Of a stretch of DNA of 54,074 nucleotides, positions 43,645-51,334 are shown piece after piece. The stretch comes from a virus. The notes under the pieces are model-generated. The model had not been told where the DNA came from. It did not search any database and worked only from the letters and a program-made list of their open reading frames with translations. Position 1 is the stretch's first letter. Every line of letters starts with the position of its first letter. The stretch is from IMG/VR virus record IMGVR_UViG_3300009783_000001. One strand, written 5' to 3'. The translations under genes were made by a program, and so were the position numbers.

Positions 43645-44105
43645 AGCGTCGGCCTCGTCCACTTGATCGGAGCGCCGCAGATGTGGCACTGCTTGGACTG
43701 GCCGCAGAGGTAGCTCTTCATGTTGTGGTGTCGCTTGAACCAGGTGAAGGTCGTGACCCTGCGGCAGAAGGGGCACCACCACTCGTTGGGCTTGTTGCCC
43801 GTGCCTTCGGGGAAGTGGACCCCCACCTGGCCTGTTGCCTTGTTCCTGACTCGGGGCATCCGATAGGTCCACCACTTCGAGGCGACTGCCCCGTCGTAGA
43901 AGGTCTTGTCCAGGATCTTGGGCAGGAGGAATTTGAGCGCCTCTTCGTAGGTCTCGAAGTCGACTCGGGCCCAGGGCCCCTTCTTCTTGCGTTGCACGAA
44001 GCATCGCCAGTTCTTGTAGCCCTCCCGCTTGTTCATGCGGGGTGTCTTGAGCATCCAAGCCCGGAAGATGGGGTCCTTGAGCTGCTTCCGCAGCGTCGCC
44101 GTCAT
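43632..44105 (-). CDS. hypothetical zinc-finger protein (157 aa)
   Basis: WWCPFCRR...CGQSKQCHICG cysteine pairs. Confidence 0.55.
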   Translation of the reverse strand: MTATLRKQLKDPIFRAWMLKTPRMNKREGYKNWRCFVQRKKKGPWARVDFETYEEALKFLLPKILDKTFYDGAVASKWWTYRMPRVRNKATGQVGVHFPEGTGNKPNEWWCPFCRRVTTFTWFKRHHNMKSYLCGQSKQCHICGAPIKWTRPTLWKW

Positions 44106-44344
44106 GCGACCTTGGCCAGTCGCCGCTGCTGGCGGGGCGTGAAGACCCCCCGGTGGAGGTGGATGAAGAGGATGCCGGCCAGCTCTCGCTTCGGGGTCCT
44201 CGTCGTCACCTTGATGTGCGGGCAGTCGGTCCTGACCATGTCCCGCAGGGCGGGAGCGGTGAACGAGTCGTAGAACTTCAGACCCGCTTCCACGTCGATA
44301 CCTCGCTGAGCGAGATAGTTGAGCGCCTTCTTGGTGTGGTTCAC
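44102..44344 (-). CDS. hypothetical protein (80 aa), first gene of the leftward operon
   Basis: GTG 44344 preceded by a CGACGAAAGGTAACTCCC leader and a promoter. Confidence 0.5.
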   Translation of the reverse strand: MNHTKKALNYLAQRGIDVEAGLKFYDSFTAPALRDMVRTDCPHIKVTTRTPKRELAGILFIHLHRGVFTPRQQRRLAKVA

Positions 44345-44386
44345 CGGGAGTTACCTTTCGTCGGTGGCAGTTGTGATTGCCAAGTC

Positions 44387-44414
44387 ATCATATCATGCTC
44401 GTGCGATGGGTCAA
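44387..44414 (-). promoter_or_regulatory. leftward early promoter
   Basis: Minus strand: TTGACC (44414-44409), 16 nt, TATGAT (44392-44387). Confidence 0.55.
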
Positions 44415-44440
44415 AATGCGAGTGCATGGATCGTTCTCGG

Positions 44441-44467
44441 CTCAACTATGCCCCCACCGTAGTTGAG
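44441..44467. repeat. CTCAACTA-N11-TAGTTGAG hairpin in the divergent promoter region
   Basis: 8-bp inverted repeat between the two divergent promoters. Same family as 14082-14108. Confidence 0.6.
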
Positions 44468-44486
44468 TGGAACCGGTACGAGTGAT

Positions 44487-44515
44487 TTGACTCCACTTTC
44501 CCGTCATGATAAGGT
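44487..44515 (+). promoter_or_regulatory. rightward early promoter (primase operon)
   Basis: TTGACT (44487-44492), 17 nt, TAAGGT (44510-44515). Confidence 0.55.
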
Positions 44516-44547
44516 GATCTCACCTCAAACCACGAATGGAGTGATGC

Positions 44548-44772
44548 ATGACCGACGAGGATACGCACATGAGGACTTCGATGACCCAGGAGGACTGGGA
44601 CGAGTTTGCCCGGGCAATCCAGGGGTTCATCGACGGGGCTCAAACCTTCGCCGCTGTTCTGCTCAAGTTCCAGGACGATCTCCCCCTCACCACCGAGCAG
44701 CGCACGCAGGTTCAGAACTTGAGGGGTCGAGGCAGGAAGCCCGCACCGATCTGGGGTGACGGACCGCAGTGA
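44548..44772 (+). CDS. hypothetical protein (74 aa)
   Basis: First ORF after the promoter. Its stop overlaps the GTG of the primase gene. Confidence 0.5.
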   Translation: MTDEDTHMRTSMTQEDWDEFARAIQGFIDGAQTFAAVLLKFQDDLPLTTEQRTQVQNLRGRGRKPAPIWGDGPQ

Positions 44773-46823
44773 AGGCTGAGCAACAACTCTCAATCATCAG
44801 CAAGGCGTGGGGGAGGCAGTCCGGTTACTGCTTCTTCCCATGGATCGGGGGTGACGCCAAGGATCGCTCGGAGCGCATCAACTCGTACCACGAAGGTCCA
44901 CCTTTCCTCTGGCCGGAGGACAAGGCGAAGATCATCAAACACATGGAGGACCACACCCATGACGACCTCTACTGGTGCCCCTCACTCTTCGAGAAGAAGG
45001 CCCGACGCCTCGACTTCGCCATGGACGAACATGCTCTCTGGGCTGACCTCGATGAAGTCGATCCTCGAGAAGTTCCTGACGAGTACCGCCCCACCATCGC
45101 TTGGGAGTCCTCGCCTGGGCGGTACCAGGCTCTCTGGCTCGTTTCCGGTGGTGACATTCAGGGTGCCTCTTGGCCCGGTGGTGAGAATCAACGACTCACC
45201 TACCATCTGGGTGCAGATGTCGGAGGCTGGGATACCACCCAACTTCTGCGTATCCCAGGCTGGGACAATCACAAGCCCCATTACCGAGAGGCAAATGGTG
45301 GGAAGCCTCAGCGGGGCAAGCTCCTTTGGAGTACCGGCCGTCGGTACCTTGCGGATGAGTTCACCGACCTCCCTGAGGTTGCCGCCGCCGGGGTCGCTCA
45401 GAACATCGTCGAGGAAGAGATCGACCGGATCGACCGACATGAGGTGTGGGGGCGAGTCCGACTCAAGGTGAGCAAGAGGGTTCGGGAGCTCATCTCCAGC
45501 CGTGAAGTATCCGGCGACCGCAGCGATGCGCTCTGGGAGATCGAACGCGAACTCGCCGACGCGGGGTGCACGGTTACCGAGATCGTCGCCATCGCCCGAG
45601 CCACCGTCTGGAACAAGTTCTCGGGCCGCCAGGATGAGCTCCGCCGCCTCATCAGCGAGGCCAGTAAGGCCTACGAGGCCCGCTCCGAAGAGACGGTCGA
45701 GAAGATCGAGAAGGAGCTCGAGCACAAGCCCCCGCCCCAGCGCATCATGACCCTCCTCGCCAACGTCAAACCGCCGAAGTGGCTGGTCGAGGGCATCTGG
45801 GCAGAGGGCTCCTGCGGGTTCATCGCTGGGCAACCCAAGTCCTACAAGTCCTGGTGTGGCCTCGACCTCGGGCTCAGCATCGCCAGCGGTACCGACTTCC
45901 TCAACCAGTTCAAGGTCATCAACCCCGGGCCCGTCCTCTACATCCAGGAGGAGGACCCGGCGCCGGTGCTCAAGAACCGCTTCGAGAAGGTCTGGCCGGG
46001 GAAGCAGTCCGACCGCATGGAGATGGTCGACGGGGAGATGATCTGGACACCTCGCCAGGACGTTGCCCCTGACCCCGACCTCATGGCCTACGTTGGCGAG
46101 GGGTTCACGATTTCCGACACCGGGTGGCAGAGCTGGCTCGAGGGTACCCTCGACGACGGGCTCGATGGTGAGGGATACCGCATGGTCGTGATCGACCCGC
46201 TGATGATGGTTGCCGGCGATGTCGATGAGCACCGTGCACAGGAGATGACTGAGAAGATCTTCAAACCGCTCAAGCAACTGTCGCGTAAGCACAACGTCGC
46301 CATCTGCATCATCCACCACATGCGGAAGGGGAACGACACCAAGGGCAACACTGTCCGAGGCGGGCAGCGCATGCTGGGAAGCGTTGCCAACCATGCCTGG
46401 ACAGAAGATGCGCTCTATCTCTCCCTTGCCACACGCGACGTGATCGTCGAACGCGAATCCAAGCACTCGCCCTCAGGCAGCTTCAGGATCGGTCGGGTTC
46501 GCAATCGTGAGTGGATGCCCATCATCACAAACCTCGACCTGGGAATCGACGATGACGAGGAAACCTCCGTGGTCAACCAACCCACTGGGGCCACACCAAG
46601 GGACATTCCGCCCGGCGAGGATCGACCCCCAGGGAGGAAGTCTGGTCAGGGCAAGGCCATCCAGCTCGTACTCCAGGGCGGTGACTCCCGAACCACCAAG
46701 GACATCGCCATCGAGGTCGATATGTCAGTGAGCGGGGTCTCCAAGCAGCTCCGCAGGGCAGAAGCACAGGGCATCGTCCGGCACACCAGCCGAGGCTGGA
46801 TCCCCGGAGCAAAAGCCAAGTGA
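44769..46823 (+). CDS. primase (prim-pol/RepB'-like) fused to RepA/DnaB-type RecA-fold helicase, with C-terminal wHTH
   Basis: N-domain LWADLDEVD and ESSPGRYQALW. Walker A GQPKSYKSW, LYIQEEDP, VVIDPL, IIHHMRKG. C-terminus TTKDIAIEVDMSVSGVSKQLRRAEAQGIV. Confidence 0.8.
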   Translation: MKAEQQLSIISKAWGRQSGYCFFPWIGGDAKDRSERINSYHEGPPFLWPEDKAKIIKHMEDHTHDDLYWCPSLFEKKARRLDFAMDEHALWADLDEVDPREVPDEYRPTIAWESSPGRYQALWLVSGGDIQGASWPGGENQRLTYHLGADVGGWDTTQLLRIPGWDNHKPHYREANGGKPQRGKLLWSTGRRYLADEFTDLPEVAAAGVAQNIVEEEIDRIDRHEVWGRVRLKVSKRVRELISSREVSGDRSDALWEIERELADAGCTVTEIVAIARATVWNKFSGRQDELRRLISEASKAYEARSEETVEKIEKELEHKPPPQRIMTLLANVKPPKWLVEGIWAEGSCGFIAGQPKSYKSWCGLDLGLSIASGTDFLNQFKVINPGPVLYIQEEDPAPVLKNRFEKVWPGKQSDRMEMVDGEMIWTPRQDVAPDPDLMAYVGEGFTISDTGWQSWLEGTLDDGLDGEGYRMVVIDPLMMVAGDVDEHRAQEMTEKIFKPLKQLSRKHNVAICIIHHMRKGNDTKGNTVRGGQRMLGSVANHAWTEDALYLSLATRDVIVERESKHSPSGSFRIGRVRNREWMPIITNLDLGIDDDEETSVVNQPTGATPRDIPPGEDRPPGRKSGQGKAIQLVLQGGDSRTTKDIAIEVDMSVSGVSKQLRRAEAQGIVRHTSRGWIPGAKAK

Positions 46824-46992
46824 GCGCCCGACGACATGACGGGTTGGGTGTGGTGGAGTGCTCACATCTTTTCGCAACGGGAACGAGTCATCGACTCAAC
46901 CTTCTCGTCGGGCGGCCGGTGGGGGTATGCTCCACTATCAAACTTTCGACGTGGTCTCACACGCAGTCACCTATCGGGTCGCAGATGCGGTA

Positions 46993-47039
46993 TGATGATA
47001 AGGGGATATATACCCTAAGGGGTATATCCCCAATCATCA
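46993..47039. repeat. 47-bp imperfect palindrome with AT-rich core
   Basis: TGATGATAAGGGGATATATACC-ctaagg-GGTATATCCCCAATCATCA. The left arm starts inside a TATGAT hexamer. Confidence 0.7.
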
Positions 47040-47112
47040 CCACTGCAGATGATGACCTGGGGAACTCACATATCCACCTAACCGAACAACAAATAGGAAG
47101 AAGGAACAGGGC

Positions 47113-47517
47113 ATGGGTCTTGAACATCCCGAGGCACGCAAACACATTCCACCGGATGATGGAATGAAGTACCTGATGGATGCGACGAAGCACCAGGGGC
47201 TTCACTACTCGACGCTCACTTCCGGAGGTCCCGACTTCATGGAGTTTGGGGTCAAGCGCCATGGGGGTTGGGCGATGATCCTCGAGCCCGGTCTCGCCAG
47301 TGACTACCTGGCGACCATCGTCAACCTGCCCCAGAGCTGGAACGAGGGCAGGGGCGAGTACGACTACGCCAACATCTTCTTCGGCTTGGACAATGGGTGC
47401 CGAGCTGGAGGTCTCTACGGCCTTCGGGCGAAGGTCTACGCCAACGGGCAGAAGATCGCTGAGTATGGGGACTGGGATGGCGAACGGGAACCATGGACCG
47501 AAGCGGAGGGAGAATAG
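47113..47517 (+). CDS. hypothetical protein (134 aa)
   Basis: ATG 47113 with a GGAAGAAGGAA RBS. Confidence 0.5.
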   Translation: MGLEHPEARKHIPPDDGMKYLMDATKHQGLHYSTLTSGGPDFMEFGVKRHGGWAMILEPGLASDYLATIVNLPQSWNEGRGEYDYANIFFGLDNGCRAGGLYGLRAKVYANGQKIAEYGDWDGEREPWTEAEGE

Positions 47518-47519
47518 AC

Positions 47520-48194
47520 ATGGGGCGACAGACTGGTGATGGGCTGAGGTTCGAGGACCAGGTCGAGCGGGAGGTACGCAAACGACTAGCGGAGACCATG
47601 AGTAGTGCCGGAGTCAACCAAGGGAGGATCTCCATGGAGGTTCTCTACTGGCTGCCAGAGAACTTCGCTCGGCTCTACATGCAGATGGTGGACAAGGCCC
47701 TGAAGATGGATGATGGGGTTGGGAGCTCCATGGGCGGACAGACGGGTGATGAGGGGCAGATCAAGGCGAAGGTCGGGACAGGACCACAGAGGGGCAAGCA
47801 GGCGGGAGGGTTGTTCACTCGTGAGAGCGGGGCTCATGCAAGGGGCACGGGCAAGAGGTACCGAGTTCACTGGCTGGTGAAGGATGAGAACGCCTTCGCT
47901 CTCAAGGGCAAGATTGACCGGAAGCTCGGGGAACTCGCTCACCTCATCGCTCAAGGTGGAGGCGGGAAGATGGGTTCTGAGAAGAAGGTCGATGGGCGAA
48001 CCCCCCTCTCCCCTGGTGGGGATGCTGTTGCGGAGCGAGGCGAAACTCATGGAGTTGATCTGGGGGACCGCACGCTGAAGGTGCTGGGGGCTGGGAGACT
48101 GCAATGCAAGGGATGCGGGAAGATGGCCTCGAAGGGTTGGGTCATTTGCCCTCGTCCGCACAACCAGGGAAAGGACCAGGAACATGCAGGTTGA
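47520..48194 (+). CDS. hypothetical protein (224 aa) with C-terminal CxxC...C
   Basis: ATG 47520. Internal repeat MG(R/G)QTGD(G/E). C-terminus LQCKGCGKMASKGWVICP. Confidence 0.5.
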   Translation: MGRQTGDGLRFEDQVEREVRKRLAETMSSAGVNQGRISMEVLYWLPENFARLYMQMVDKALKMDDGVGSSMGGQTGDEGQIKAKVGTGPQRGKQAGGLFTRESGAHARGTGKRYRVHWLVKDENAFALKGKIDRKLGELAHLIAQGGGGKMGSEKKVDGRTPLSPGGDAVAERGETHGVDLGDRTLKVLGAGRLQCKGCGKMASKGWVICPRPHNQGKDQEHAG

Positions 48195-48411
48195 TCGAGA
48201 TGGCAACTACATGAAGGACGAAGGCGCTTACGGTGCTGATCCGAAGTCCGAGGTTGAGAAGGTGGACGAGGAAGTGCTGCGCCAGCAGGTGTGGGAAGCA
48301 CTTGGGGAACTGAGTGACGATGAGTTGAGGGTGCTGTACGGGCTTGAGGTGACTCGTGAGGTACTGGTGGGGATGATTGTTCATGCGATCTCACATGCGG
48401 ATGGTGCGTGA
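48184..48411 (+). CDS. hypothetical acidic protein (75 aa)
   Basis: ORF overlapping the upstream stop. ALGELSDDELRVLYGLE is faintly like sigma region 4 (not claimed). Confidence 0.4.
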   Translation: MQVDRDGNYMKDEGAYGADPKSEVEKVDEEVLRQQVWEALGELSDDELRVLYGLEVTREVLVGMIVHAISHADGA

Positions 48412-48508
48412 TGCGGTGATGGGTAGTAACGAGGATCGGGGACGGTTGCGAAATCAGGCAAACCTCGAGTGGTGTCACAATGCCAACGGGATCTCGGTTT
48501 CGGACGAG

Positions 48509-48590
48509 ATGTGACTCTCCGTGTGTCGTGTCTAGCATCAGAGCTGCTGGGGTTTCGGCCCAGCTCGTTCCGGACTCTCGTTTGATCTCA
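48509..48590. repeat. ATCAGAGCTGC element, copy 2
   Basis: gtgtcgtgTCTAGc-ATCAGAGCTGC(48537-48547)-tggggtttcggCCCAGCTCGTTCC. Confidence 0.55.
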
Positions 48591-48671
48591 AAACACATGG
48601 AAAGTACCGGAAAAGCATGAGACTACACGAGCACGGGAGCCGGACGGGAGAACTCCCACCGCCCTGGTCGG

Positions 48672-48687
48672 TGTGACGTGTGTCACA
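48672..48687. promoter_or_regulatory. TGTGA-N6-TCACA palindrome (CRP/GlxR-type operator-like site)
   Basis: TGTGACGTGTGTCACA, perfect. Confidence 0.6.
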
Positions 48688-48898
48688 AAATCGCTTGCGC
48701 CCTACCCCTGGTGTTCTCCCAGAGCCCCGTACGTGGTGTCCTAAGAGCGTTCCGTCGAAGCGCTAATAGGGTCAACCCCTGGGGCACGTACGAGGAGCGC
48801 TCGGACGCTTCTGTGCCGAACTCATGGAGAGAATCCCATGGAGATAATCTTGGCACAACCCGTGCCAAAAAGAAATCGACTTTGTTTGAACAAAAGCC

Positions 48899-48927
48899 TT
48901 GACGGGGTTTGAACCAGTGCCTAAGAT
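48899..48927 (+). promoter_or_regulatory. sigma70-like promoter of HTH paralogue 48988
   Basis: TTGAACAAAAGCC-TTGACG (48899-48904), 17 nt, TAAGAT (48922-48927). The leader contains ATCAACCAACG and CAACGAAAGGAAACCCC. Confidence 0.6.
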
Positions 48928-48987
48928 TATCCCATCAACCAACGCGCCGCATCACGATGATCGACGCAACGAAAGGAAACCCCAAAC

Positions 48988-49227
48988 ATGGCTCAGATCA
49001 CCGCCAAGGAACTGGCTGTCGCTTGCGACACCGACCCCCGCACCGTCCGGAAGTTCCTCCGTTCGCACATGGAGGACACCCCCGGGAAGGGCTCCCGCTA
49101 CGCCATCGAGAAGCGACAGGTCAAGTCGCTGGTCAAGGCATTCAACGCCTGGGATGAGGCCCGGAAGCCGGCTGCGACCGACGAGGTCGAGGTCGACGAG
49201 GTCGAGGTCGAGGTCGAAACCGACTGA
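48988..49227 (+). CDS. HTH (excisionase/MerR-like) protein with acidic tail, paralogue A
   Basis: ITAKELAVACDTDPRTVRKFLRS...GKGSRYAIEKRQVKSLVKAFNAW, plus tail DEVEVDEVEVEVETD. Confidence 0.7.
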   Translation: MAQITAKELAVACDTDPRTVRKFLRSHMEDTPGKGSRYAIEKRQVKSLVKAFNAWDEARKPAATDEVEVDEVEVEVETD

Positions 49228-49238
49228 CACCCGAACCA

Positions 49239-49286
49239 GCACCCCTCCCAACCCCCTCCCCCGGGAGGGGTGCTCGGTGTGTTCTG
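49239..49286 (+). terminator. intrinsic terminator
   Basis: GCACCCCTCCC-N13-GGGAGGGGTGC followed by TCGGTGTGTTCTG. Confidence 0.6.
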
Positions 49287-49300
49287 TCAAGGTTTTTCTG

Positions 49301-49316
49301 TGTGACGTGTGTCACG
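49301..49316. promoter_or_regulatory. TGTGA-N6-TCAC palindrome (CRP/GlxR-type site)
   Basis: TGTGACGTGTGTCACG. Starts copy 3 of the ATCAGAGCTGC element (49301-49385, core 49322-49332). Confidence 0.55.
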
Positions 49317-49400
49317 TCTAGATCAGAGCTGCCAGACTTCGCCGCCAACTCGTTCCCGTCCGCCCTGCGGGTTAGTTTGTTCGTGAACGCACAAGCACAA

Positions 49401-49416
49401 TGTGACACAGGTCACA
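49401..49416. promoter_or_regulatory. TGTGA-N6-TCACA palindrome (CRP/GlxR-type site)
   Basis: TGTGACACAGGTCACA, perfect. Exactly 100 nt after the previous site. Confidence 0.6.
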
Positions 49417-49496
49417 TCTCGCACCCTTGATAGGCGGGTGTCCCTTGCGTTGATGTCATCTTATCATCCGCGGGGTACCCCGTCAAGGAATTTCTT

Positions 49497-49512
49497 TGTG
49501 ACCTGTGTCACA
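49497..49512. promoter_or_regulatory. TGTGA-N6-TCACA palindrome (CRP/GlxR-type site)
   Basis: TGTGACCTGTGTCACA, perfect. Preceded by GTCAAGGAATTTCTT, as the 49301 site is by GTCAAGGTTTTTCTG. Confidence 0.6.
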
Positions 49513-49836
49513 AATTTGCCGATGCGCCGATGGCAGAATGCTCTCATTGCCCCGTAGGAGGCGTCCTAAGCGCGTGCCACGCATAGCGCCCCTGTTAGGG
49601 GGATTAGGAGCAGGCGTCGAAGCGCTCTCACGCCCTCCTAGGGGCAATCACGGGCGTTGCCACCTAAGGAGATATCAACAGGCAAGATGGGTGATGGGTG
49701 CGCAGCATGCCTCGACCGCCTTAGGGACGCTTCTAGGGGGCAATGCGGCGAAGTCGCTCGAGTCATCCTTATCGCACGACGCGCACGCGAGTACCACACC
49801 TCGCCGCCGATGTCAAGGAATTGCTCGCCGAATCGC

Positions 49837-49852
49837 TGTGAACTTTGTCACC
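49837..49852. promoter_or_regulatory. TGTGA-N6-TCAC site upstream of promoter 49874
   Basis: TGTGAACTTTGTCACC, 22 nt upstream of the -35. Confidence 0.5.
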
Positions 49853-49873
49853 CCGATTTCTTGAACAAATGCC

Positions 49874-49902
49874 TTGACCAATGCCTTGCATCATGCGATG
49901 AT
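49874..49902 (+). promoter_or_regulatory. sigma70-like promoter of HTH paralogue 49957
   Basis: TTGAACAAATGCC-TTGACC (49874-49879), 17 nt, GATGAT (49897-49902). The leader contains ATCAACCGA and CAACGAAAGGAAAACCCC. Confidence 0.55.
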
Positions 49903-49956
49903 CTTCATATCAACCGATCGCAACCGATGCGATCGCAACGAAAGGAAAACCCCATC

Positions 49957-50187
49957 ATGGCAACGCTCACGATCAAGGAAACCGCGCTCGAGATCGGCAC
50001 CGATCCCCGCACGCTTCGCAAGTTCCTGCGCAGCGACGCATCCCCGATCGCTCCGGTCGGGAAGGGTGCTCGATACGCGATCGAGCGCAAGGCGCTGAGG
50101 GGGGTTAAGGCGAAGTTCGCCGCCTGGGATGCCGCTCGCACCCCCGCCACCCCCGAACCCGCTGACGACGCGCCTGACGCGAACTGA
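49957..50187 (+). CDS. HTH (excisionase/MerR-like) protein with acidic tail, paralogue B
   Basis: LTIKETALEIGTDPRTLRKFLRSDASPIAPVGKGARYAIERKALRGVKAKFAAW, plus an acidic/Pro tail. Confidence 0.7.
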   Translation: MATLTIKETALEIGTDPRTLRKFLRSDASPIAPVGKGARYAIERKALRGVKAKFAAWDAARTPATPEPADDAPDAN

Positions 50188-50198
50188 CGCGATGCTGA

Positions 50199-50232
50199 TC
50201 CCCGCCTTCGGGCGGGGGTCAGTTGTGTGTTG
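50199..50232 (+). terminator. intrinsic terminator
   Basis: CCCCGCC-ttcg-GGCGGGG followed by GTCAGTTGTGTGTTG. Confidence 0.65.
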
Positions 50233-50354
50233 CAACTGACTCGGCGAAGCATGAAATGCCATGAGGATCCACTCGGCGATTCGGCGCCGCCCGATCGCTG
50301 GTTTGGCACCACGGGGCGTGAGTCGCGTCCTAAGGCGGTGCCACCCCCTCGCTC

Positions 50355-50366
50355 AATGCTAGCATT
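50355..50366. repeat. AATGCTAGCATT 12-bp palindrome, copy 1
   Basis: Context CTCAATGCTAGCATTC. Confidence 0.7.
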
Positions 50367-50410
50367 CTGGGCATCCGGTCCCCGCGGCGGTTCGGCGTCG
50401 AGGTGCCCGA

Positions 50411-50430
50411 GTAGTTGAAGTTTCAACTAC
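50411..50430. repeat. GTAGTTGAA-gt-TTCAACTAC hairpin just upstream of a -35
   Basis: 9-bp inverted repeat, related to the TAGTTGAG/CTCAACTA hairpins. Confidence 0.55.
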
Positions 50431-50439
50431 ATTTCCTCC

Positions 50440-50468
50440 TTGACTTTCCACACCACCCATGCGATGAT
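50440..50468 (+). promoter_or_regulatory. promoter of leaderless ORF 50475
   Basis: TTGACT, 17 nt, GATGAT, then exactly 6 nt to the ATG. Confidence 0.55.
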
Positions 50469-50474
50469 CTTCCC

Positions 50475-50672
50475 ATGACCCACCTGATGAACTCCCTCTC
50501 GCTCGCTGCGCATCTCACGCTCGAGAACGATCGCACCTGCCCCGCTTGCGGGGAATACCTCGATTCGGGGATGGGATTCGATCGACGCGACTTCGAATGC
50601 ACGGAATGCGACTTCTTCACTGACTACCCCGCCGAACTCGCCCTCGCCTTCTTCCGCCTCGACTTTCCCTGA
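50475..50672 (+). CDS. Cys-rich micro-protein, paralogue 1 (65 aa)
   Basis: LSLAAHLTLENDRTCPACGEYLDSGMGFDRRDFECTEC. Paralogous to 51106-51324. Confidence 0.55.
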   Translation: MTHLMNSLSLAAHLTLENDRTCPACGEYLDSGMGFDRRDFECTECDFFTDYPAELALAFFRLDFP

Positions 50673-50677
50673 TTCTT

Positions 50678-50708
50678 CCCCCTCATGCCTTGACACCGCA
50701 TGAGGGGG
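50678..50708 (+). terminator. 11-bp perfect hairpin whose loop is the -35 of the next promoter
   Basis: CCCCCTCATGC-cTTGACAcc-GCATGAGGGGG. Confidence 0.55.
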
Positions 50709-50718
50709 ATGATATGAT
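50690..50718 (+). promoter_or_regulatory. promoter of leaderless ORF 50725
   Basis: TTGACA, 17 nt, TATGAT, then exactly 6 nt to the ATG. Confidence 0.6.
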
Positions 50719-50724
50719 TGCTGC

Positions 50725-51021
50725 ATGAACCACACCGACATCATCAACTTCATCTCGATCGACAACGACGATGCTTGCAACGCCGACGATCGCTACGCCT
50801 TCATGATCGACTACCTGATCGACCCACGCGACACTCGCTACCTGCTCTCCGACTTCGATTCGATCCACCCCGCCCTCACGACGATCGCCGACATGATCGA
50901 CGAACTCGATGCCGACGAAACGCGCCGCCTGCTCGAATCATACGAACTCTGCCCGATCCACCGATGCGACGATGCGATCTGCGCCGATGACGCCAACCCC
51001 GAATGCGCCCACCTGCGCTGA
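50725..51021 (+). CDS. acidic Cys-containing hypothetical protein (98 aa)
   Basis: Leaderless-type ORF. ...ELCPIHRCDDAICADDANPECAHLR. Confidence 0.55.
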   Translation: MNHTDIINFISIDNDDACNADDRYAFMIDYLIDPRDTRYLLSDFDSIHPALTTIADMIDELDADETRRLLESYELCPIHRCDDAICADDANPECAHLR

Positions 51022-51032
51022 TCTGATCCGCC

Positions 51033-51057
51033 CCCCATGCGATGCGACCGCATGGGG
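51033..51057 (+). terminator. hairpin after 50725-51021
   Basis: CCCCATGCG-atgcgac-CGCATGGGG. Confidence 0.5.
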
Positions 51058-51071
51058 TGACGGATGTCACA
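51056..51071. promoter_or_regulatory. GTGA-N6-TCACA site abutting the -35 of promoter 51072
   Basis: GGTGACGGATGTCACA, immediately followed by TTGACA. Confidence 0.5.
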
Positions 51072-51099
51072 TTGACAAACCGCCCCGCCATGATAGGAT
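51072..51099 (+). promoter_or_regulatory. promoter of leaderless ORF 51106
   Basis: TTGACA, 16 nt, TAGGAT, then exactly 6 nt to the ATG. Confidence 0.6.
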
Positions 51100-51105
51100 G
51101 GATGC

Positions 51106-51324
51106 ATGAACCAAATCACAACGCTCCTCTTCCTCGCCGCCCTCTGCACGCTCGAACGCGACCGCCAATGCCCCGAATGCCCGCACGGGGAACTCGACTC
51201 GGGGATGGGATTCGGACGCCGCGATCTCGAATGCTGCGGATTCGATGAGGATGATGAGGATGAGGATTGCGGATTCGCGATCTCCTACTCCATCACGCTC
51301 TACCTCGATCTCATCGCCGCCTGA
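51106..51324 (+). CDS. Cys-rich micro-protein, paralogue 2 (72 aa)
   Basis: LFLAALCTLERDRQCPECPHGELDSGMGFGRRDLECCGFDEDDEDEDCG. Confidence 0.55.
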   Translation: MNQITTLLFLAALCTLERDRQCPECPHGELDSGMGFGRRDLECCGFDEDDEDEDCGFAISYSITLYLDLIAA

Positions 51325-51334
51325 TCCCGCCCGC

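Noticed and set aside
44982-46466. 494-aa minus-strand ORF opposite the primase-helicase gene
   Set aside because: The antisense frame is open only because of GC-rich codon bias. The + strand carries primase and Walker motifs.
46820-47167. 115-aa + strand ORF after the primase-helicase gene
   Set aside because: It has lower GC and non-protein-like composition, contains the 47-bp palindrome, and overlaps the well-supported start at 47113. It is more likely regulatory or origin DNA.
49657-49956. N-terminal 100-codon extension of the HTH paralogue B ORF (track ORF 49657-50187)
   Set aside because: The extension runs through a spacer with palindromes, a TTGACC/GATGAT promoter and the conserved CAACGAAAGG leader. 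The paralogue alignment begins at ATG 49957.
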